Source: Octopus bimaculoides
Taxonomy: Eukaryota
Direction of reading: 5' to 3'
DNA length: 64,000 nucleotides
Assembly: GCF_001194135.2 (NCBI RefSeq)
Contig: NC_069000.1
Span: 44,819,916-44,883,915 of the forward strand
A program made the position numbers and the translations under genes. Positions 1 through 9,600 of the stretch are shown here, one piece after another. Below the pieces are notes generated by a model, which was not told where the DNA came from, did no database searches, and saw only the letters and a program-made list of their open reading frames with translations. The first letter of the stretch is position 1. The number at the start of each line of letters is the position of its first letter.

Positions 1-144
1 ATTAGGGTATATATAGTTTAAGATTAGGGTATATATAGTTTAAGATTAGGGTATATATAGTTTAAGATTAGGGTATATATAGTTTAAGATTAGGGTATAT
101 ATAGTTTAAGATTAGGGTATATATAGTTTAAGATTAGGGTATAT
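1..144. repeat. 22-bp tandem repeat (ATTAGGGTATATATAGTTTAAG) x about 6.5
   Basis: Exact copies visible; runs off the window start. Confidence 0.95.
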
Positions 145-146
145 AC

Positions 147-355
147 GAGGTGGCAAAGCTGGCAGAATTGTGAGCATGCCGGGCAAAATGCTTAGGGGTA
201 TTTCTCAGTTCAAATTCCACTGACGTCAACTTAGCCTTTCGTCCTTTGGGGTCGATTCAATAAATACCAGTTACGCAATGGAGTCGATGTAATCGACTTA
301 ATCCCTTTGTTTGTCCCCTCTATGTTTAGCCCCCTGTGGGCAATAAAGAAATAAA
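147..355 (+). mobile_element. tRNA-derived SINE with central GCCTTTCATCCTTTCGGGGTCGAT domain (Meta-domain-like)
   Basis: Degenerate A/B-box head; same sequence recurs at 6800-7460, 12361-12597, 19660-20220, 25012-25200, 42900-43370, 49937-50155 and 63742-63955. Confidence 0.75.
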
Positions 356-762
356 TATTGGGGCATATAAGCCCCTCCACAGAAAAATGTAATGTTTGTC
401 ATACGCATGGGATTCAAACCCACACCTCCATGTTTTCGCATTTACACATACATCCTGGTATGATACCATTTACACATACACCCTGGCTTTTTTTCTGTCA
501 GATTTAAGAACTGTGCTTTCATAGTGTTTTTGTTTTTGTAAACAAACTTTCTATGTGTGTTTTCTGTGATTATTTGATAAGCAGTGCTGAATTTTACAAT
601 CTGTAAATAATAATAATAATAATAATGATAATAATAAGCCAGGGTGTGCATCAGTGTAAAGGGTAGCACACTTTTTGTGAATACATAAGAGGTATGGGTT
701 CAAGTACCATGCATACAGCAAACCCTGCTTTTTTTCCCCTGGGGCTTATATGCCCCAATATT
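354..762. mobile_element. MITE with perfect 22-bp terminal inverted repeats
   Basis: aatattggggcatataagcccc (354-375) and ggggcttatatgccccaatatt (741-762). Confidence 0.7.
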
Positions 763-976
763 AGAGTAATTACCTTAGTCAATGCAAGGTGACCACTTAA
801 GGAGATGCAGGAGTGGCTGTGTGATACGAAGCTTGCTTACCATCTTTACCAATGTATGGGGAGTGGAGGGTATTGACTTTCCTTTTACCAATATGTGAGG
901 AGTTCACCTCATCTTCTCACCATGTCCAGCCTTGTTTGTCCTTTTATTGAATAAAAACTAAATCCTTGCTTTGCAG

Positions 977-1075
977 ATGTTCCTCCAACACCAGTGCCAC
1001 CATCAACTAAAGAACCGTCGACAAAGCCTGTCTCCACCACAAAGAAAAGTGGCGCCCCTCCTGCCCCTTCTACAG
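977..1075 (+). CDS. Stalk exon (DVPPTPVPPSTKEPSTKPVSTTKKSGAPPAPST)
   Basis: ttgcag/gtaaat, 99 nt, phase 1-1, mucin-like composition. Confidence 0.75.
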
Positions 1076-4000
1076 GTAAATAGATTTTTAATCCTCCTCC
1101 TTGTCTTCCTTCCTTTTATGTTGTTTAACCCTAGGTCAGTCCTGATCCAATAGAACTATGGTGAAAATGTGCTATGTTCAGACATTGTGTATCTAGGACT
1201 ACATTACTTTTCTTGTTGTATAGCCCCAGGTCAGACCTGATCTACCAACCCTGTGATCTAAACTGTTCCAGACTTGACTCCTAGAATATCAAACGACAGC
1301 ATTGTCTCGTGTGTTCTTTTGTTTCTTGTTTTCTCTTTTCTCAAAGACAGAAGAGTCGTTTAATATTCTTTCTCCGTGGGTTGGTCATGGAAGTATTTCT
1401 TGCAGGATTTTACTATTGATGCCCTCCTCCTCCTCCTTCAGAAGGGATTCTTGTCCTACAGGTGATTAATCGTAATGCCAACAGGGAATGTCAGTGTCAT
1501 GTCACCATTTCTTCTCCAATGGTGACAAATGAAGCCATGCGATGTAAACACTCACACAGATACCACATACACATTATCTTTTAACATCCGAAATTGAAAC
1601 TGAACCAAATTCGATGACTGGCACCCGTGCCAGTGGAGCGCTAACAGCACAATCCGAGCAGGATCACTGCCAGAGCAGCTGTTTGGCTTCCATGTCGGTG
1701 GCATGTAAAAAGCACCATTTGAGTGTGATCATTACCAGCGTCGCCTTACAGGCACTTGTGCCGGTGGCATGTGAACAAAACATTCAAACATTGAGCAAAC
1801 ATTAAAACAGTGATGAGGATGATATATACATACACATATCTACATTTGTGTGTGTATGTGTTTATATATCCAGTAATGCCTCAATGTACAAGTTAATTTG
1901 TTCCTAGAGACCGCTCGGAAAGCAAAAACTCGTAAACAGAAAATTAAACTCATAAAAGCTCCTAAACCTGGGCTCTCGTAAAACAGGTCCTTGTAAAGCT
2001 AAGTATTATTGTGTATATGTATACACACACACACACACATACATTTATACTGACATATATATATATAATCGAAATTGAACTAAATTCGACGACTGGCACC
2101 CATGCCAACGTCGTCTCCTTCATTGGACACGAAACTCGGCTTGCGAAGACCTGTTGGGGAAAGCGAAATCGTGATGGCACCTGTGCCCAGCATCACCATC
2201 CTGGCACTTGTGCCGGTGGCACGTGTAAAGACATTCGAGCGAGATCGTTGCCAGTGGCACGTAAAAAGCACCCACTACACTCTCGGAGTTGTTGGCGTTA
2301 GGAAGGGCATCCAGCTGTATAAACTCTGGCAAATCAGCCTGGTGTAGCCATCTAGTTTCACCAGTCCTCAGTCAATTGTCCAACCCATGCTAGTATGGAA
2401 GGCAGACGTTAAACGATGATGATGATGATATATATATATATATCTTTCATTTCCCAAGAGAGAGAAAGAACACTGACAAGAAACACACATAATGTTTACT
2501 TTTGCATGTCCACTTTAACCTTTCAGCACTTAAACTGACCATATGGCCATATCCAGCCAAAATGTTCCACCTGCTTAATGTTGAAACTCTCACATCCATC
2601 TTACAATGTCATTCTAAAAGATAAACAAGCAGATCATTGNNNNNNNNNNNNNNNNNNNNNNNNNNNNNNNNNNNNNNNNNNNNNNNNNNNNNNNNNNNNN
2701 NNNNNNNNNNNNNNNNNNNNNNNNNNNNNNNNNNNNNNNNNNNNNNNNNNNNNNNNNNCCCCCCGCAAAGCTACAAGATAATACATGACTAATTCAAAGC
2801 AATGTAGATAAGCAATCATTACATTTGACAGAAATCTGAATGCCTAATGATTAAGTATTGTTGAGAAAGGAAGTAGATAAAGAGAGTAAATATAAGAAAT
2901 AGAAACACATATGTGAAGTGTATCCTGTTTCACTGGGTGGACTTTGAATGTAGATAAAAGTAGTTGTTGAATAAACAAAGCATGAAAGGGTGTGTTTTGT
3001 GATAATTAGAAGGTGACTTAGAGGACAGATCACGGTGACATAAATGCATACATGTGCACATATGTGCACATATACATACATATGCATAAATACACATATA
3101 CATTCACATTTGTATGCAAGTATACACTCCCACCTACATTTAGACTTCTCTCTCTCTATTTCTCTCTGCATATATATATCATCATCATCAACGTTTAACG
3201 TCTGCTTTCCATGCTGGCATGGGTTGGACGGTTTGACTGAGGTTTAGAGAGCCAGTGGCTGCACCAAGCTCCAATCTGATCTGGCAGAGTTTCTACAGCT
3301 GGATGCCCTTCCTAATACCAACCACTCCGAGAGTGTAGTGTGTGCTTTTTACGTGCCACCAGCACAGGCACCAGAGGGAGCAGGCATCGACCACAATCGG
3401 ATGGTGCTTTTTACGTGCCACTGGTACGGAAGCCAGTCAAGGCGGCGCTGGCATCGGCCACATTTGGATGGTATGCATACATACATACATAAACATAAGT
3501 GCCGGTGGCATGTAAAAAGCACTATCTGAAGATGGCTGATGCCAGTGCCACCTTGACTGGCTCCCATGCTGGTGGCACGTAAAAAGCACCATCTGAGCGT
3601 GGTCAATGTCAGCCCTCCTGGCCCCTGTGCTGGTGGCATGTAAAAGCACCCACTACACTCTCAGAGTGGTTGGTCTTAGGAAGGGCATCCAGCTGTAGAA
3701 ACTTTGCCAGATCAGATTGGAGTCTGGTGCAGCCTCTGGCTCACCAGTCTTTAGTCAAACCGTCAAACCCATGTCAGCATGGAAAATGGACGTTAAACGA
3801 TGATGCTGATGTACCCTTACTCTCTCTTATTATCCAATTCTGGTTTCTCCACTCTAGTATTCTTTGCAATTCATCTTTGCATGAATTATAAATGTGTTAT
3901 TTTTAAAAGTTCTATTTTAATAATAATTGAACCTTGTTTTCTTTTCTTTTTGTCTTATTTCTAACTATTTTCTTTTCTTTTGACCAGATAAAAACAAGAT

Positions 4001-5251
4001 TATTATTGGAAGTATCATCCCTATTTTAATCATCATCATCATTGTGATTATTGTTATCATTTTGTACAAACGGAGAGCTAAACCAGCAGAAATTGAAGGT
4101 TAGTTTATCTCAATTAGAATTTCTTATCAAAAACCTTAAAATTACCTGCCTATGTCCACCTTGCCTTTGGTTTTATCCTCTTTGTAACTTTAGGTAACAT
4201 TTGCCTTACTTCCCAAATAAATTTACCTTGTGTGTGTGTGTGTGTGTGTGTGTGAAGGCATGTGGCCTAGTGGTTAGGGTGTTGCTCTCACAACCACTAG
4301 ATCATGGTTTCAATTCCTAGACTGGGCAATGCATTGTCTTCTTGAGCAAAACACTTCATTTCATATTTCCCCTGTCCACTTGGCTGTGAAAGGGTTACCC
4401 TGCAACAGATTTGCATCCTGTTCAGGGAGAATGTTGTATATGTTTTTTTTTTTTTCAAAGATTATTTCTGTTTCGTTTACTTAAGCAACTCTGTTAATAA
4501 TCTCTCTTAATCTCTTTCAGAACCTCCAGAAAAACCACGAAAGTAAGTCTTCTTTTTTTCTTTTTTTTTGTATTTTGCTTTGTTGTAGTTGTTGATGGTG
4601 GGGTGAGGGTGACAGTGGTGGTGCTCATACTTATTTGTATGTATATGTATAAGCAGATGGTGCATATGTATATAACAGTATATATGAAATAATATTCCTT
4701 TATATTAGGTGTATTATATTTTGGTATATTTGTTTTCCCCAGCAATCACAGTGAGGTCAATATGATGAACACAAAACCGGACCTTGTCCATTCTACTGGA
4801 ATTGAAAAGAAAGTACCTATGTACAACAATGTGAGTAGCCCCACCTCTTTATTTGTATGTGTGTGTGTTTCATGTAACCACTTGTGTGCTTTTCTTGAAC
4901 TTTTTTCCTTCTCTCTGGACGTTTTCCTCTTTCTGGCGAAGTACCATTCTCAAAACATCACAAACCCTTCTCTTTTTCTCCATCTTAAACTGAATGTCAT
5001 GAATCAATAAATAGATACATATATATAGGTATGAAAATACATATTAGCCTTTATATATTTAATTCTCTGTATTGAATACTCAATATTTCATATATTCAAT
5101 AAGACATTCAATACTTCATTTCATTTTACCACTTATTTTTATATTATATATTATATATTCCATATTCTATATCCCACATTAATTTTACAAGAATATAAAT
5201 AAAACATAAAAAACAGACAAAGTTGGAACTCTTTTAAATAAAATAAAATAA

Positions 5252-5291
<40 letters not shown>

Positions 5292-5684
5292 TTAATAATC
5301 TGGTTAGATGAATTCTTTTAAACCGATGTAAAATATGAAATGCTCAAAGGGCGCAATACATCTGATGAGAGGAAGTAACTGCAAACACTAAACACATTCA
5401 CTCACATCCCTGTATATGTTTACTTTCCAATTTGATATTCTGCTATTTCGTATTCTACAGAAAATGTCTTGTAGTACTTCTATTTTCAACTCTTTCCACC
5501 TTCTTGACAAATAATAAAAATATTTTTTTCCCCGCTGTTCTTCTCTTGCTAGGGATTTGACCATGGAGGCGAAGATGACTTAAGTTCCATGGAAGTTACA
5601 TTCGATGACAAACCTCGCAGCAGGAAACCAGTGATTCCACTCTCCAGTCCCGACACCTACAACACAACATTACCATGTGTCTAG
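977..5684 (+). CDS. Unidentified single-pass type I membrane protein, last five exons (ectodomain upstream of window)
   Basis: Five GT-AG exons with matching phases give one reading frame: P/T/S stalk, TM helix, KRR stop-transfer, cytoplasmic tail and TAG. Confidence 0.8.
2068..2430 (+). mobile_element. Modular (GAT)n-tailed retroposon (SINE or LINE 3' end) with GGTGGCACGTAAAAAGCACC modules
   Basis: Ends in GGACGTTAAACGATGATGATG; related copies at 24700-25003, 27840-28010, 40795-40970, 47215-47390 and 59160-59250. Confidence 0.7.
3177..3805. mobile_element. Head-to-head pair of the (GAT)n-tailed retroposon forming a long inverted repeat
   Basis: Arms of about 190 bp at 3181-3368 and 3625-3805 are reverse-complementary. 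Confidence 0.75.
3988..4098 (+). CDS. TM exon (DKNKIIIGSIIPILIIIIIVIIVIILYKRRAKPAEIE)
   Basis: ccag/gttagt, 111 nt, phase 1-1, hydrophobic run followed by basic residues. Confidence 0.82.
4521..4542 (+). CDS. 22-nt microexon (EPPEKPRN)
   Basis: tctctttcag/gtaagt; required to keep the frame between flanking exons (phase 1 to 2). Confidence 0.75.
4743..4830 (+). CDS. Cytoplasmic exon (NHSEVNMMNTKPDLVHSTGIEKKVPMYNN)
   Basis: ccccag/gtgagt, 88 nt, phase 2 to 0. Confidence 0.75.
5553..5684 (+). CDS. Terminal coding exon (GFDHGGEDDLSSMEVTFDDKPRSRKPVIPLSSPDTYNTTLPCV*)
   Basis: ttgctag acceptor, 43 codons then TAG. Confidence 0.75.
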   Translation, partial: GFDHGGEDDLSSMEVTFDDKPRSRKPVIPLSSPDTYNTTLPCV

Positions 5685-6249
5685 TGAGAAGAGATGTCCT
5701 TTGTTTTCTCTATTTCTTTTTATCTCTCTAGCTAGCTAGCTACCTCTCACTATTCTATAATGATGTAATATCGACCAGAGGTTATGCCATTTTCTCTGTA
5801 AAATATTCTGTCTTAACTGCTGCATCTCATACATTTTCCCCCACACGTACACACGTATCTCTATGCACAGAGACTCATATGCGCATCTGTCTATATACAT
5901 GTTTGTGTATGTTGATGTAGATTTATTGTTTTAGCAAAGAATATCTGCTGTAGCTAATTCAAATAGCTTTTTTTTTTATTCAAGAGTGATATACATACCG
6001 ACATGATTAGATATATACATACATGTGTATATGTGTATGTTTATATACACACAATGATACATGCACATATATATATATGTATGTATATGTGTATATATAT
6101 GAATTTTTAAATCCATATCTATTGTAGTTTTATCTCCTTCATATCTGAGGAATATGAAATGACGACAATGAACTTTTAGTTCTGACTATGTTAAGAACTC
6201 TCTCTCTCTCTCATTTTTAGAAGTATGCTTGTGTGTGTGAGTAATCTTC

Positions 6250-6297
<48 letters not shown>

Positions 6298-6390
6298 CTA
6301 TCTCTCTATATATAAATTTACATATAGATGCATATATGAGTGTGTGTGTGTGTGTGTGTGTATATTTGTATAAATACACGGACACATATA

Positions 6391-6612
6391 TACGAGGAGT
6401 GCTGAAAAATTCCTGGCTTTGAGTAAACGAAAATACAGGAGGATCATTGAATTATGATTTTATTTGACATATTCCCCTCTCAGATTCACACACTTATTGC
6501 AGTGGTCCTTCAGGTTTTCTAAGCCCTGTAAAACCACCTGGAAGATTGGGTCTCCAACCAGGCCATTTGCGAAACCCTTAAAACCAGCAACTTTTCCCGC
6601 ATCCCCTCACAT
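6391..6612 (-). mobile_element. Mariner-derived MITE
   Basis: TIR TACGAGGAGTGCTGAAAAATTCC; minus strand encodes LQGLENLKDHCNKCVNLRGEYVK*, resembling the mariner transposase C-terminus. Confidence 0.75.
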
Positions 6613-9600
6613 ATGCACACACACACACACACACACACACATACATATGTGTGTATGCGTGTGTACATAAACGTGTGTGTTAAATACTAGTTTTCTGCTG
6701 GGGTTTATTTCAATCAACTACACTATTCCCCTCTCCCTTTGCTATATGTGGCCTTAGCTAATGTGAAAAATCATCATCATCATTGTCATTGTTATTTTAA
6801 AGGCAGCGAGCTGGCACAGTTGTTAGCAAGTCAGACAAAATGTTTTGCAACATTCTGGCTTTTTAATGTTCTAGGTTCAAATTCTTGGTTTTGCCTTTCG
6901 TCTGAGTTTTTTTTTTTTTTTTTGGTGTCAATGAAATAAGTACCGGCTTTGCACTGGGGTCGATGTAAGCAACTTATTCCTTCCCCACCAAAATTTCAGG
7001 TCTTGTGCCTAAAGTAGAAGGATCATCATCATCATCATCAATATTTATAAGGCAGTGAGCTAGCGGAATCATTAGCACAGCAGGCAGAAATGCTTAGCAA
7101 CATTTCATCCGTCTTTGCATCCCGAGTTCAGATTCCACTAAGGTTGACTTTCCTTTTCATCCTTTCGAGTTTGATAAAATAAGTACCATTTAAACACTGG
7201 GGTTGATGTTATCGACTCGTCCCTTGCCCCTAAAAATGCTGCCCTTGTGGCAAAATTTGAAATGCATTATTATTATTATTATTACTATTATTATTTCATC
7301 TGTCACTACATTCTGAGTTCAAATTCTGCTGAGGTTGACTTTGCCTTTCACCCTATCAGGCTTGATAAATTAAGTACCAGTAAGACACTGGGGGGTCAAT
7401 TTAATCAACTCATCCCCTCCTCCAAAATGACCGCCCTTGTGACAAAATTTGAAACCATTATTGTTGTTGTTGTTGTTATTAATTTAACATCTTGGGAAAG
7501 TTATTGCTTAGATCAATCTGAGTGGCATAGAATATGTTGTACTGCACCTAAGCAATTTGCGTTTGGGTGCAACACAGAACAATAAAAGAATTATATCCTG
7601 CAACCAAAAGACACATTTGTCCTGGGGTCGATTTTCTCAACTAAAAGCAGTGCTCCAGCATGGCCACAGTCAAATGACTGAAACAAGTAAAAGAAAAAAG
7701 TGTGTGTGTGTGTGTGTATATATATATGTGTGTGTGTGTGTGTGCGCATGTACATATATGTGTGTATATATATTATGTATGTATTTATACATATATATTA
7801 TGTATGTGTATATACATATTATGTGTGTGTGTGTGTATTATTACACAGCCACCCCTATGCTATAGAAATTATTGTGAAAATTCTTCACGTTGTCTGGCGT
7901 TTATGTGTTTAGCATTTTTTAAAAGAAAAAAGGCAAAACTGCCTTGTTGTTAATGTGAGTTTTATCTCTAAGTTACTCACTGACCTTTGATAAGTCCCAG
8001 CATAACAGTATGGTTAAGTAGTTTGCTATGGGAATTTGGGGTTTGGCCATTCTGCATGTCACCTTGATAATTGTTTTCTACTCCAACCTCTTGGTGATCT
8101 AGGCAGGCACCTACCTTATATGTATGTATGTGTGTGTGATGTGCATTAGTGTTTACATTCCATGCTGTCACCACTGAAGAGAAGTGGTGCTGATGTTAGC
8201 ATTCATTTGTCCGTTCAAAGGAATATAAAGATATCCTTTGCCTGAAAAAGGATAAATGTTGGCAACAGGGAGAGCATCCAGCCGTAAAACCTTAACTCAA
8301 CACTTCCATCTAAACCTACGTGGTTAAGAAGCTTGCTTGGGGTTCAGTCCCACCATGCAGTACCTTGAGCAATTGCCTTCTACTGTAGCTCCAGGTCGAG
8401 TGAATGTGGTTGATAGAAAAACTGTGTAGAAGCCTATCTTCTTTATGTGTGTGTGTGTGTGTGTGTGTGTGGAAACCTTGCCAAAGCAGACATTACAGCA
8501 CAAAGCAGTCCTTGGACCCATCTGATGCTGTCAAACCATTCGACCCATCCCATTGTGGAACGTGACTGTTAAATGATGATGATGATGATTTTCTCTATGT
8601 GAATTATATTAATGGTACAGGTGTTTGTGGCATATTCAGCCACTTACTTTATAATATCAGAAAATTCAATTTATTGATATTCATTTGTTGAAATCATCAA
8701 GATTTCACTTATAATTAGTGGTTACTGCATTACTTGTGTCGTTAATTTCCTTTGTCCAAAATACATATTTTGCCAAATTTTTGTGCCTTAACTTGAAAAA
8801 AAAACAAAAAGCAAGAAAAATTCCTTTGCAATGGACCAAGTGTATAAACAAAGTAAGACTCTGGTTTCTTCTCTATTTTCATTGTATACAACCAGTAACC
8901 ATTCTTCGATTCCTGGTTGATCATCAACTTCTCCAAGATGCTTCTCTGCAACTCTTCTTGGCGGAATACACTGGGAAATGAAAACTCAGCTTAACCAATC
9001 AAACAATAGGACATGTTTTTATTTTGGTTTAACAGTGATTTTGTAATCTTGTGTGTTTGGGGCAGGAGATATATTTCTCTTGAGGCTATTTCATTTTTGC
9101 TACCGTTAATGATGTCTCTGGTTAAAGTAGCTCCATCACAACATTGTACTTCAATTTTCTCTTACATTGACATAATGGATTCAATATTTTGAAACTTCAT
9201 TGATCCTTATTGATTCTGATGTTGTTTGAGAACTCTGTCTGTGTGTGTGTACACATACACACATAGACAATTATATACATGCATTTTATATATATATATA
9301 ATGTAATTATATTTTATATGTAAATATTTACATACACACTCGTGTATTGAGAGAGAGAGAGAGGAAGAGGAAATTAGATAGATGAATTGACAGATAGATA
9401 GACAGACAGACAGATAGATAGATTGGTAGATAGATAAAAGCATTGTCACACGTTATACATCTTGTATATTTTAGACCACCAATTCCGAACCCATTGCCAT
9501 CATGCCGATATTTCTTTTAACTATTTAAATAAAAAGTTTTAAAAAATTACCCAAAAATATATTCCAACGAGGAACACTTAACATTTCCTAGTTTTCTTGG

